64,000 nucleotides of DNA from Candidatus Omnitrophota bacterium. GTDB taxonomy: Bacteria > Omnitrophota > Gorgyraeia > Gygaellales > Profunditerraquicolaceae. The notes under the pieces are model-generated. The model saw only the letters and a program-made list of their open reading frames with translations. It ran no database searches and was not told the origin of the DNA. Positions 31,855 to 40,567 of this stretch are shown piece by piece (positions within the stretch are counted from its first letter, which is position 1; each line of letters opens with the position of its first letter). Location of the stretch: the NCBI GenBank assembly GCA_026387335.1, contig JAPLLX010000004.1, positions 255,045 to 319,044 on the forward strand, read 5' to 3'. The position numbers were made by a program, and so were the translations under genes.

Positions 31855-32313
31855 ATGAAGAAAGTTATAAGTGTGATTGGAGGTAGAAATTGTACGCCTG
31901 AAGTGGAGATAATTGCCCAAGAATTAGGCAAAAAACTCTCAAAAGTGGCGGATATACTCGTTTGTGGGGGTCTAAGTGGAGTAATGGAGGCGGTTTGCTC
32001 GGGTTTTAAGGCTGGCGGAGGCCTAACTATAGGCATTATACCAAGTTACAATAAAAATGACGCCAATAAGTTCGTAGATATAGCCTTGCCTACAGGATTA
32101 GGATTAGCCAGAAATGTTTTAGTAGTTAAGGCCGCGGATGTAGTTATTGCTTTAGCGGGAAGGGCAGGAACCCTTTCGGAAATTGCTTATTGTATTCAAT
32201 TCGGGATACCGGTGATTACCCTGAATTCCTGGGATATTCCCGGGGTAATGAAATTAGATTCTGTAGATGAAGTAGTCAATAAAGTCCGGGAGTTGTTAAA
32301 GAAGGAGCAGTAA
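31855..32313 (+). CDS. LOG/TIGR00725-family Rossmann-fold protein (lysine-decarboxylase-like / SLOG)
   Basis: ISVIGGRNCTPE...VCGGLSGVMEAVCSGFKAGGGLTIGIIP...ALAGRAGTLSE pattern; 152 aa. Confidence 0.6.
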   Translation: MKKVISVIGGRNCTPEVEIIAQELGKKLSKVADILVCGGLSGVMEAVCSGFKAGGGLTIGIIPSYNKNDANKFVDIALPTGLGLARNVLVVKAADVVIALAGRAGTLSEIAYCIQFGIPVITLNSWDIPGVMKLDSVDEVVNKVRELLKKEQ

Positions 32314-33113
32314 TGCCGGAACTGCCGGAAGTGGAAACCATAAAACGCGATCTGGAAAAAGTAATCGTAGGTAAGAAGATTACCGAGGTTTGCGTGCGGA
32401 ATCGCGCGATTATCCGGGAGCCGGCGGTTTCTGTTTTTAAGAAGGGTCTGGAAGGCGTAGTTATCAAAAATATCTTACGCCGGGCCAAAGTTTTGATATT
32501 CGAGTTATCTAACGGCAAATCCTTAGTAATGCACCTTAAGATGACCGGGCAATTAGTTTATCCCGGAGGAGGCAAGAAGAGCCGGGTAGCCTTTCATTTC
32601 TCCGACGGCAAAATCCTGGATTTTAACGACCAGAGGCTCTTTGCTGAATTGCGCCTGTTGGATGATTGGCGGACCTTGAAATTCATTCAAAGCCTCGGGC
32701 CTGAGCCAGCGGATTTAAGTTTAAAGCAGTTTAAAGATATGTTAAAGGGAAAGAAAACCCGGATTAAGCCGTTATTAATGGACCAGTCGTTTATTGCAGG
32801 TATAGGCAACATCTATGCTTCAGAAATTTTATTCCGCGCCAAAATCAATCCTGAGCGCCGGGCGAATGCATTGACGGATAAAGAAAAAGAATTGCTCTTT
32901 AAGGCAATCAGTGATATTTTGAATGCGGCTGTGCGCCACGCCGGCTCCTCCGTTGACGATTATGTGCGACTTTCCGGAGAAAAAGGCGGATACGTGAAAT
33001 ATCATAAAGTCTATGGACGGCAAGGTAAGGCCTGCTTAGTCTGTAAGGCAATAATTAAGAAAATTAATCAGGGAGGAAGAGGCACCTATTTTTGCCCCAG
33101 GTGCCAAAAGTAA
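32313..33113 (+). CDS. mutM: formamidopyrimidine-DNA glycosylase
   Basis: N-terminal MPELPEVET catalytic Pro2/Glu3, C-terminal zinc finger CLVCKAIIKKINQGGRGTYFCPRCQ; 266 aa. Confidence 0.92.
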   Translation: MPELPEVETIKRDLEKVIVGKKITEVCVRNRAIIREPAVSVFKKGLEGVVIKNILRRAKVLIFELSNGKSLVMHLKMTGQLVYPGGGKKSRVAFHFSDGKILDFNDQRLFAELRLLDDWRTLKFIQSLGPEPADLSLKQFKDMLKGKKTRIKPLLMDQSFIAGIGNIYASEILFRAKINPERRANALTDKEKELLFKAISDILNAAVRHAGSSVDDYVRLSGEKGGYVKYHKVYGRQGKACLVCKAIIKKINQGGRGTYFCPRCQK

Positions 33114-33116
33114 GGA

Positions 33117-33689
33117 ATGAAGAAAAGAATAAAGATTAACGGAACAATTATGGCTTTGGCCATTATCCTGGTCGTGCTCTTCCGGGAAGCATTTTTCCGC
33201 CCGAGCAATCCGGGGTGGCTGGAAAATTCTCTAAGGGTAATAGGGCTGCTGGCTATATTTTTGGGCCAGCTTATCCGCGTTTCAGCCAGAGGTTACAAAG
33301 CCGAGCATTCTAAGAATAGCCATGCTTTGATTGAAGGCGGGCCCTATAAAATTGTGCGTAATCCTATGTATCTGGGGATCCTTTTAATCGGGCTGGGCGT
33401 AGTGCTTATGCTTTTTAACTGGTGGGTAGTCCTGCTATTTCTGTTAATTTTTGCTAGCCGCTACTTCCCGTTAATACTTAGCGAAGAGAAGAAATTGCAG
33501 AATATGTTCCCCGGGACTTATGAGGCGTATTGTCGCCGGGTTCCCCGAATGATCCCGCGGCTCGCTAGTTTAATTAAGGAAAGCGGCAGGGAATATTTAC
33601 CGCTAAAACCAGTTTGGTTTAAAAAAGAGATCAACTCGATAATCCCGCTTTTAATATTAATTGTGGCGTTTTTTCTCTGGAGAAGATGA
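33117..33689 (+). CDS. isoprenylcysteine carboxyl methyltransferase (ICMT)/phospholipid methyltransferase family membrane protein
   Basis: Multiple TM helices, LIEGGPYKIVRNPMYLG motif; 190 aa. Confidence 0.65.
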   Translation: MKKRIKINGTIMALAIILVVLFREAFFRPSNPGWLENSLRVIGLLAIFLGQLIRVSARGYKAEHSKNSHALIEGGPYKIVRNPMYLGILLIGLGVVLMLFNWWVVLLFLLIFASRYFPLILSEEKKLQNMFPGTYEAYCRRVPRMIPRLASLIKESGREYLPLKPVWFKKEINSIIPLLILIVAFFLWRR

Positions 33690-34450
33690 AAAATTTTCAA
33701 CTAAAAGCAAAAATATTGGCGCAAACCAAAATAAAGGATAACTACTGGCATTGTGAATTCAGCGCTCCGCAAATCGCTAAAAATGCCCTGCCCGGACAAT
33801 TTATCAATATCCGGGTAAGCGCTAATTTTGACCCGCTTTTAAGAAGGCCGATTAGCCTACACGGAGTAAGCGCAGCCAAGGTAAAGATTGTTTATGAAGT
33901 AGTGGGTAAGGCCACAGAAATCTTAGTGCGCAAGAAAAAAGGCGAGTTTTTGGATATTATCGGGCCTTTGGGCAATGGTTTTGATCTTGGGATGCAGAAG
34001 GCAGAAGGCAGAAGGCAAATATTAGTAGCGGGAGGAATGGGTGTCGCTCCGCTGATGTTTCTGGCGGAAAAATTAAAAGTCCCCAGCCTAGTCTTGATTG
34101 GAGCAAAGACAAAAAAAGACTTGCTCTGTGTCCAAGAATTTAAAAAATTGGGTTGTAGCGTAAAGATTTCTACCGATGATGGTTCGCTGGGATTCAAAGG
34201 CAGGGTAACCGAGTTATTAAGGAATAACTTAACTAAAAGTTGCGCGCTATACGCCTGTGGGCTTAAGCCCATGCTTAAGGTAATTTCAGATATTGCAAAT
34301 GAATATAATATCCCGGCGCAGGTATCCTTAGAAGAACATATGAGTTGCGGAATTGGCGCATGTTTAGGTTGCGTAGTGAAAACAAAAGAAGGTTTAAAGC
34401 GGGTTTGTCAAGAAGGCCCGGTTTTTAAGGCGCAGGATTTAATCTGGTAA
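33686..34450 (+). CDS. pyrK: dihydroorotate dehydrogenase electron transfer subunit
   Basis: FAD/NAD-binding fold plus C-terminal 2Fe-2S Cys cluster (MSCGIGACLGCVV); 254 aa; followed by pyrD. Confidence 0.85.
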   Translation: MKNFQLKAKILAQTKIKDNYWHCEFSAPQIAKNALPGQFINIRVSANFDPLLRRPISLHGVSAAKVKIVYEVVGKATEILVRKKKGEFLDIIGPLGNGFDLGMQKAEGRRQILVAGGMGVAPLMFLAEKLKVPSLVLIGAKTKKDLLCVQEFKKLGCSVKISTDDGSLGFKGRVTELLRNNLTKSCALYACGLKPMLKVISDIANEYNIPAQVSLEEHMSCGIGACLGCVVKTKEGLKRVCQEGPVFKAQDLIW

Positions 34451-34451
34451 A

Positions 34452-35372
34452 ATGATGAAACCCAAAATTTCCGTAGAAATAGGCAAACTTAAATTAAATA
34501 ACCCGGTCATGGTGGCCTCGGGCACTTTTGGTTACGCCGAAGAATTTAAGGATTTTATGGATGTAAAAAAACTCGGCGCCATTGTTACTAAAACTTTAAC
34601 TTTAAAACCGCGTAAAGGTAATCCTATGCCGCGCACCTGTGAGACGGCCGCAGGCATGCTTAATTCCATCGGATTAGAGAATCCGGGTTTGGCAATTTTT
34701 ATCCGGGAGAAACTTCCTTTCTTAAAAAAGACAGGCGTCCCGATAATCATTAGTGTAGCTTCCGAAGAAAAACCCGAAGAATTCCTGGAGTTAGTCGCGC
34801 AACTAAATATCATTGAAGAAGTCGCGGCAATTGAATTGAACATTTCTTGCCCTAATATTCAAGGGAAGGAGAGCTTGATTGCGCAGGATCCCGCGGCTAC
34901 TTATAAAATCGTTCAAGAAGTGCGCAAAATTACCGGCAAAACGCTTATTACCAAGCTTTCTCCCAATGTTACTTCTATCGGTGATATTGCTCAGGCTGCC
35001 GAAGACGCAGGGAGCGACGCGGTGGCCTTAATTAATACCTTAAGCGCGATGAGTATAGATGTAGATAAGAGAAGGCCCAAGATTGCCGCCGGAATAGCGG
35101 GTTTAAGCGGACCGGCAATCCGGCCGGTAGCCGTAAAGATGGTCTGGGAAGTTTTTAATAAGGTGAAGATCCCGATTATCGGTATGGGCGGGATAATGGA
35201 TACCGCAAGCGCCCTGGAATTTATTATTGCCGGAGCCAGCGCGGTAAGCGTCGGAACAGCGAATTTTATTAATCCGGGGGTAAGCCTAGAAATAATAGCC
35301 GGCTTAAAAGAATACCTGGTTAAAAACAAAATCAGCGATATCCGGGAACTTATGGGAGCCTTGAAAATATGA
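34452..35372 (+). CDS. pyrD: dihydroorotate dehydrogenase catalytic subunit (class 1B)
   Basis: NPVMVASGTFGYAEEF, TIM-barrel DHOD motifs; 306 aa. Confidence 0.9.
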   Translation: MMKPKISVEIGKLKLNNPVMVASGTFGYAEEFKDFMDVKKLGAIVTKTLTLKPRKGNPMPRTCETAAGMLNSIGLENPGLAIFIREKLPFLKKTGVPIIISVASEEKPEEFLELVAQLNIIEEVAAIELNISCPNIQGKESLIAQDPAATYKIVQEVRKITGKTLITKLSPNVTSIGDIAQAAEDAGSDAVALINTLSAMSIDVDKRRPKIAAGIAGLSGPAIRPVAVKMVWEVFNKVKIPIIGMGGIMDTASALEFIIAGASAVSVGTANFINPGVSLEIIAGLKEYLVKNKISDIRELMGALKI

Positions 35373-36031
35373 AATCCGAAATAATTCTGGCTTTGGATGT
35401 GGATAGTTTTAGTAAGGCAAAATATTTTGTCAATAAACTTTATCCTAAGATAAAAATATTTAAAGTTGGTATGCAGCTTTATACCGCCCTAGGCCCAAAA
35501 ATAATCCAAATGATCCATAAAAAAGGGGCACAGGTTTTTCTGGACTTAAAATTTCTCGATATTCCCAACACCGTGGCTAAGGCAGTGCGCGAGGCTGTCC
35601 GGCATAAAGTTAAGATGCTCACTCTGCATATTTCCGGCGGTGAAGAGATGCTTAAGGCCGCGGTATCTGCCGCTAAAGATGAAGCCAAAAAACTAAAAAT
35701 TAAAAAACCCTTATTAATCGGAGTTACGGTTTTGACCAGTAAAAAAACTAATCCCAGCGCCGTACTTAGCCTGGCCAAGGCCGGAATTCAGTCTGGGTTA
35801 GACGGAGTGGTTTGCTCGGCGCAAGAAGCCCGCAACCTAAGAAACAAAATCAAAAGAAAATTTGTGATAGTTACTCCCGGGATCAGGTTCCAAGGAGTAG
35901 CCAAGAACGACCAAAAACGGACCGCTACTGTAGACGAGGCGATTAAATCCGGAAGTAATTTTTTAGTCATTGGTCGGCCGATATTAGAGGCCAAAGACCC
36001 GCTTAAGGCGGCTTTAGAATTGCTGCGCTAA
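35369..36031 (+). CDS. pyrF: orotidine 5'-phosphate decarboxylase
   Basis: IILALDV...VFLDLKFLDIPNTV catalytic motifs; 220 aa. Confidence 0.9.
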   Translation: MKSEIILALDVDSFSKAKYFVNKLYPKIKIFKVGMQLYTALGPKIIQMIHKKGAQVFLDLKFLDIPNTVAKAVREAVRHKVKMLTLHISGGEEMLKAAVSAAKDEAKKLKIKKPLLIGVTVLTSKKTNPSAVLSLAKAGIQSGLDGVVCSAQEARNLRNKIKRKFVIVTPGIRFQGVAKNDQKRTATVDEAIKSGSNFLVIGRPILEAKDPLKAALELLR

Positions 36032-36084
36032 CGCCCGAACATATAGGATTGTTCGGCGTGCACTTGTGTGCAAGGAGATAACCC

Positions 36085-36522
36085 ATGTTTAAAAAAATCG
36101 CAGTGTTTATTGCTTCCGTTATATTATTGGTGAATATTTGCGGTTGTGTCGCGTTAATAGCCGGAGGCGCGGCCGGAGGAGCCGGGACAGCGGTTTGGCT
36201 TTCCGGAAAAATGACCCAATATGTAAACGCTCCTCTGGAACAGGTCACCAAAGTTGCTAAAGACTCGCTGCAATCCCGCAATATGGCCATAATGACCAAA
36301 GAAGTTTCTTCTTCAGGGCATGACGTAGTGCAGATAAGAAGCAGAGAGGCCAGCGGTGAAAAAATCCGGATAGACATCCATAAGATTACCGAAACCAGGT
36401 CCCGCATTGAAGTGAGGGTGGGCACAATCGTCAGCAATAAGGAAGCAGCGGATAGGATCTTAAAAGGCATTACCGAACGGCTGCAGCTTTCCTCTCTTGC
36501 GGAACTTAAGCATTTAAGCTAA
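36085..36522 (+). CDS. lipoprotein of unknown function
   Basis: Lipobox LVNICGC after a signal peptide; 145 aa. Confidence 0.5.
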   Translation: MFKKIAVFIASVILLVNICGCVALIAGGAAGGAGTAVWLSGKMTQYVNAPLEQVTKVAKDSLQSRNMAIMTKEVSSSGHDVVQIRSREASGEKIRIDIHKITETRSRIEVRVGTIVSNKEAADRILKGITERLQLSSLAELKHLS

Positions 36523-36525
36523 AAT
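36497..36525 (+). promoter_or_regulatory. promoter for tRNA-Val (TTGCGG-17-TAAAAT)
   Basis: Seen directly; shares the ATTTAAGCTAAAAT -10 region with the tRNA-Asp promoter. Confidence 0.45.
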
Positions 36526-36547
36526 AGATAACTAATTAAATCTCATC

Positions 36548-36625
36548 GGGCGGTTGGCGCAATTGGTTAGCGCGCCTGATTTACATTCAGGAGGTTTACA
36601 GGTTCAAGTCCTGTACCGCCCACCA
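36548..36625 (+). tRNA. tRNA-Val (anticodon TAC), CCA encoded
   Basis: Acceptor GGGCGGT/ACCGCCC, anticodon stem-loop CCTGA-TTTACAT-TCAGG, T-arm ACAGG-TTCAAGT-CCTGT. Confidence 0.85.
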
Positions 36626-36646
36626 TGAATTTAGAAGAAAAACTTG

Positions 36647-36675
36647 TTGCAAGTTAGCTGTATTTAAGCTAAAAT
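36647..36675 (+). promoter_or_regulatory. promoter for tRNA-Asp (TTGCAA-17-TAAAAT)
   Basis: Seen directly. Confidence 0.45.
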
Positions 36676-36693
36676 TTACATCCTTATGTTCGT

Positions 36694-36772
36694 GGGGTCG
36701 TAGCTTAGCCTGGTTTAAAGCGCCTCCCTGTCACGGAGGAGATCGCGAGTCCGAATCTCGTCGGCCCCGCCA
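36694..36772 (+). tRNA. tRNA-Asp (anticodon GTC), CCA encoded
   Basis: Acceptor GGGGTCG/CGGCCCC (one G-U pair), anticodon stem-loop CCTCC-CTGTCAC-GGAGG, T-arm GCGAG-TCCGAAT-CTCGT. Confidence 0.8.
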
Positions 36773-36814
36773 CTTAAAATCCGCCTTTGGCGCAGCGCAG
36801 GATAGAGTAAAATT

Positions 36815-36842
36815 ACTCCGTAAGCACTTTACGGAGTTTTTT
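36815..36842 (+). terminator. intrinsic terminator after tRNA-Asp
   Basis: Hairpin ACTCCGTAA-gcactt-TTACGGAGT followed by TTTTTT. Confidence 0.6.
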
Positions 36843-36884
36843 ATTGTGGTACAATATAAACATTTAGAACTAAAAGGAGGAAAC

Positions 36885-37205
36885 ATGGCTACTATTGAAG
36901 ATTTCCGGAAATTAGAGTTAAAAATAGCTCAAATTAAAGAGGTTAACGAACATCCTAACGCGGAAAAACTTTTGGTCCTGACCGTGGATTTGGGGGATAA
37001 GACCAAGCAGGTAGTTGCCGGGATAAAAAATTTTTATACCAAAGAGACGCTTTTAGGTAAATATGTGGTGGTAGTAGATAATCTTGACCCCGCGGTTTTA
37101 AGGGGAGTAGAAAGCCAAGGGATGGTTTTGGCTGGTTCGGATGAGTCAGGTCTTACTATTATAATTCCCGAGAGGCCGTTAAAATTAGGGAGCGTAGTCA
37201 AGTGA
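36885..37205 (+). CDS. tRNA-binding domain protein (Trbp111/CsaA/EMAP-like OB-fold)
   Basis: KIAQIKEVNEHPNAEKLLVLTVDLGDKTKQVVAGIKNFY...VDNLDPAVLRGVESQGMVL is the Myf/tRNA-binding domain. Start taken at the ATG of MATIED; the ORF-track GTG start is at 36846. Confidence 0.75.
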   Translation: MATIEDFRKLELKIAQIKEVNEHPNAEKLLVLTVDLGDKTKQVVAGIKNFYTKETLLGKYVVVVDNLDPAVLRGVESQGMVLAGSDESGLTIIIPERPLKLGSVVK

Positions 37206-37708
37206 TCAAGCAATTTGTCCCGGAGGTCGCCTGCCTTAAATGCCAGGGCTGCTGCAGATTTAAGGAAATTGACTCAGTCTGGACGCCTTGCCTGTTAGAA
37301 GAAGAGGTCCAGGATCTACTGGATAAGGATATCCCCGCGGCGTATATAAATATGCAAAGAAAGATCCAGCCGGTCCCCAATCCTAAAGGAGAAGGGTTTC
37401 TCTGCGCTTTTCTAGAAAACCAGAGCAATAAATGCAAGATTTATAACCTGCGGCCTTTCGAGTGCCAGCTTTATCCTTTCCTGATTAACCTGCGGAATAA
37501 AAAAGTAGTGCTGACGGTAGATTTAAATTGTCCCTACATAAAAGAGGCTATTAATAAAAAGGAATTTAAGGAGTACGCGGAGTATTTAGCCGCTTACCTT
37601 AATTCCAAAGAGCAGTTAGAGATGTTGATGGATAACCCCCAGATTATCCAGGCCTATGAGGATGTTACGGATTTGATAGAACTTAAGTTTCCCGATGCGC
37701 CTAAATAA
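37202..37708 (+). CDS. YkgJ-family (UPF0153) Cys-cluster protein, putative Zn/Fe-S binding
   Basis: CLKCQGCCRF plus downstream CxxxxxC motifs; start overlaps the upstream stop by 4 nt; 168 aa. Confidence 0.6.
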   Translation: MIKQFVPEVACLKCQGCCRFKEIDSVWTPCLLEEEVQDLLDKDIPAAYINMQRKIQPVPNPKGEGFLCAFLENQSNKCKIYNLRPFECQLYPFLINLRNKKVVLTVDLNCPYIKEAINKKEFKEYAEYLAAYLNSKEQLEMLMDNPQIIQAYEDVTDLIELKFPDAPK

Positions 37709-38633
37709 ACTCTTCCTGCGCGATAAGAATAAATTTAGTTCTTATTTAAACCTGGAAAGACACGCGTTAGCGGTCTATGCCTTCGCCAATATTTATATCT
37801 GGAGAAGATTCTTTGATATACGCTGGGCGGAAATTGCCGGCAGTCTGTGCGTATTTTTTCAGGATAAGATAGGCTCTTTTTTATATATCCCGCCCTTAGG
37901 AAAAACCCGGGATCCGCAGGTAGTGCAGGAAAATTTCAAAATCCTGGAACGTTTGAATAAGAATCCGGAGTTTGCGCATATAGAAAATATTGAGGAGAAA
38001 GATAAAGGGTTTTACGAAGGCTTAGGGTTAGAATGCGCGTTTAAATCATATGATTATCTTTGCCGCAGAACGGAACTGGCGCAGTTACGCGGGAATAAAT
38101 TTAAATCTAAACGCTCCAGCTGCAATTTTTTTACCAAGCGCTACGATTTCAGTTACGCCAAGCTTACTTTAAAAGAGAGGGGTAGCTGTTTTAAATTATA
38201 TAACCTCTGGGCTCAACAGCGTAACTTGGGTAACCCGGATCATATTTATCAGGGTATGTTATCCGATAGCCGGGTTTCCTTAAAAGAAGCGTTGGTTAAT
38301 TACGCGGATTTAGGCTTTCAGGGTGCGGTAGTAAAAATAGATAAAGAGGTAAAGGGCTTTACTTTCGGGTTTCCTTTAAGCCCGGATACCTTTTGTATAT
38401 TATACGAGATAACCGATTTATCCGTAAAAGGCCTGGCCCAATTTATCTTCCGCTCCTTCGCCCAGGAACTTAAGAGTTACAAATATATTAATATAATGGA
38501 TGACTCTGGGCTAGAAAATTTAAAGAAAGTAAAATTATCGTATCACCCGGAGAAATTGGTTCCGGCGTATATTGCTAGAAGAAAACCAACTTCAGGGACG
38601 GTTCTCAACTCAAAGCAAAAGTGTCCCCATTAA
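37695..38633 (+). CDS. DUF2156 (MprF C-terminal-like, aminoacyl-tRNA-dependent transferase fold) stand-alone protein. The last 13 codons and the stop are supplied by a family B palindromic element.
   Basis: C-terminal NLKKVKLSYHPEKLVPAYIA resembles the MprF/LPG-synthase C-terminal motif GLxxFKxKFxPxWxPxY; 312 aa; overlaps the upstream gene by 14 nt. Confidence 0.6.
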   Translation: MRLNKLFLRDKNKFSSYLNLERHALAVYAFANIYIWRRFFDIRWAEIAGSLCVFFQDKIGSFLYIPPLGKTRDPQVVQENFKILERLNKNPEFAHIENIEEKDKGFYEGLGLECAFKSYDYLCRRTELAQLRGNKFKSKRSSCNFFTKRYDFSYAKLTLKERGSCFKLYNLWAQQRNLGNPDHIYQGMLSDSRVSLKEALVNYADLGFQGAVVKIDKEVKGFTFGFPLSPDTFCILYEITDLSVKGLAQFIFRSFAQELKSYKYINIMDDSGLENLKKVKLSYHPEKLVPAYIARRKPTSGTVLNSKQKCPH

Positions 38634-38668
38634 GGGGACACTTTAAGATTGGCTCGAGAACCGTCCCT
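38594..38668. repeat. family B palindromic element, copy 1. Nested inverted repeats: outer AGGGACGGTTCTC...GAGAACCGTCCCT, inner AAAGTGTCCCC-loop-GGGGACACTTT.
   Basis: Seen directly; the copy at 59969-60043 is its near-exact reverse complement. Confidence 0.9.
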
Positions 38669-38676
38669 AATCTGAT

Positions 38677-39522
38677 ATGAATATAGATGAAATAGAATTT
38701 GTAATTTTTGACACTGAAACCACCGGCCTTGATCCGTCTTCCGGGGATAGGATAGTGGAGTTGGCGGCTTTAAAATTTAAAGGCCTGGAAAAAATATCTG
38801 AGTTTCAGGCGTTGGTCAACCCGGGTAAGCCTGTATCCGAGGCAGCCTTTGCGGTCAATAAAATCAGCGCCGAGATGCTCAAAGACGCGCCCCAGCCCGA
38901 AACAGTAATCCCTAAATTTCTAGATTTTATTCAGGGTTCTTGCGTTTGTTCTTACAATGCCTGTTTTGACCTGGAATTTTTAAATAATGAATTAAAAGTT
39001 TTAAACCTGCCGGCGTTAAAAGATATCCTGATAATTGACGCGCTGAAGATGGCCAAGCGCGTTCTTCCGGGCTTAGAGCGTTACGCGCTCTGGTTTGTCG
39101 CGGATACCCTGGGTATAAAAATAAAGCAACAGCATCGGGCGTTCTCCGACGTAGAACTGACCTTAGCTGTCTTTAATAAATTAAAGGATATCCTTAAGAC
39201 CAAGGGCATAACAGATTTCAATAAATACCTTGGGTTATTTAGCGTTAATCCCGCGTTGCTGGAAAATATTAATAACCAAAAGATCGCCCAGATCCAGGAA
39301 GCTTTAAACTTAAGGGCGCAGATTAAAATTGAATATATTTCTGTTTCCAGCGCCCAGGTTACCCGGCGCGAGGTGGTCCCGAAAGAAATTAAACGCGAGA
39401 ACGGCAAAGACTATTTAGTGGGTTACTGCTGCCTGAAGCGCCAGGAGCGCTCGTTTCGGGTTGATAATATATTGCATATAGAGATCGTTAATGAAAACAC
39501 TGGAAATCAAGCTTCCTTTTAA
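38677..39522 (+). CDS. DnaQ-like DEDD 3'-5' exonuclease fused to a C-terminal WYL-like domain
   Basis: Exo I FVIFDTETTGL, Exo III HRAFSDVELT; C-terminal ~90 aa contain ERSFRVDNILHIEI, resembling the WYL motif. Confidence 0.7.
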   Translation: MNIDEIEFVIFDTETTGLDPSSGDRIVELAALKFKGLEKISEFQALVNPGKPVSEAAFAVNKISAEMLKDAPQPETVIPKFLDFIQGSCVCSYNACFDLEFLNNELKVLNLPALKDILIIDALKMAKRVLPGLERYALWFVADTLGIKIKQQHRAFSDVELTLAVFNKLKDILKTKGITDFNKYLGLFSVNPALLENINNQKIAQIQEALNLRAQIKIEYISVSSAQVTRREVVPKEIKRENGKDYLVGYCCLKRQERSFRVDNILHIEIVNENTGNQASF

Positions 39523-40564
39523 GCTTAAAAAATCGGTTTTGGCCTTAGGCCCGCAGACCAAGAATACGATTTGTTGGGCTAAGGCGGATAGAGCCTGGGT
39601 CAGTCCGCTACACGGAGATTTAAGTATACACAAAAGCCTATCTGATTTTGAAAGATGCGCAAAGTATTTTCTAAAAAAACGCCCTAAAATTATTGCCTGC
39701 GATTTACATCCGGAGTATCAGTCAACCCGCTACGCTTTTTCCCTACAGAATAGATACCTCATCCGGCCTATCCAACACCACCACGCCCATATCGCTTCCT
39801 GCATGGCGGAAAATGGGTTAAAGAACCAAAAGATAATCGGCGTAGCTTTTGACGGGACCGGCTTAGGCGTGGACAACACTATATGGGGAGCGGAATTTTT
39901 ACTCTGTGATTATAAAAATTTTTCCCGCGGGGCGCATTTAAAAGAAATCCCACTCGTGGGAGGAGAACGCGCCATATTAGAGCCGAGAAGGTTGGTGGCG
40001 GCCTGGCTTAATTTTGATCAGGCAATAGATAAAAAGCAGTTATTCCGGAAAATATACCTCTGCGGGATAAATTCTCCCTTAGCTAGCAGCATGGGCCGGT
40101 TATTTGATGCTGCCGGGAGCCTTATTTTAGGTAAAGAAAAAGCAAAATTTGAGGCAGAATTGGCGATTGAGCTGGAAAAACTAGCCGCCAAAAATTATCT
40201 TAAAACTGCAGGTTATAAGTTTAAAATTAGCAAATCCCCAGAGGGCTATATTTTAGACCCGTCCGGCATTTTTAAACAGATAGTCAGGGATTTAAAAGCG
40301 AAGAAACCCCGGGAGCAGATCGCCCAAAAGTTTCACGCGACAGTAGCGCAAATGATTTTAAAGACCTGTTTAATCTTAAGGCGGCAAAGTAAGATCAATA
40401 AGGTTGTTTTATCCGGAGGGGTATTCCAAAATAAACTTTTACTTAGTATCTGTTTAGACTTATTATATAAGCAAGGTTTTAAAGTTTTTACGCATCAGCA
40501 GTTGTCTTGTAATGACGCGGGCGTTTCTTTGGGACAGGCCGTTATTAGCGGCTATAGAGGTTAA
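39491..40564 (+). CDS. hypF: HypF-like carbamoyltransferase, Kae1/YgjD-like C-terminal domain only (no acylphosphatase, Zn-finger or YrdC domains)
   Basis: IQHHHAHIASCMAENG and VAFDGTGLGVDNTIWGAEFL are HypF Kae1-domain motifs; followed by hypC and hypD; only 357 aa. Confidence 0.7.
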   Translation: MKTLEIKLPFKLKKSVLALGPQTKNTICWAKADRAWVSPLHGDLSIHKSLSDFERCAKYFLKKRPKIIACDLHPEYQSTRYAFSLQNRYLIRPIQHHHAHIASCMAENGLKNQKIIGVAFDGTGLGVDNTIWGAEFLLCDYKNFSRGAHLKEIPLVGGERAILEPRRLVAAWLNFDQAIDKKQLFRKIYLCGINSPLASSMGRLFDAAGSLILGKEKAKFEAELAIELEKLAAKNYLKTAGYKFKISKSPEGYILDPSGIFKQIVRDLKAKKPREQIAQKFHATVAQMILKTCLILRRQSKINKVVLSGGVFQNKLLLSICLDLLYKQGFKVFTHQQLSCNDAGVSLGQAVISGYRG

Positions 40565-40567
40565 ACT

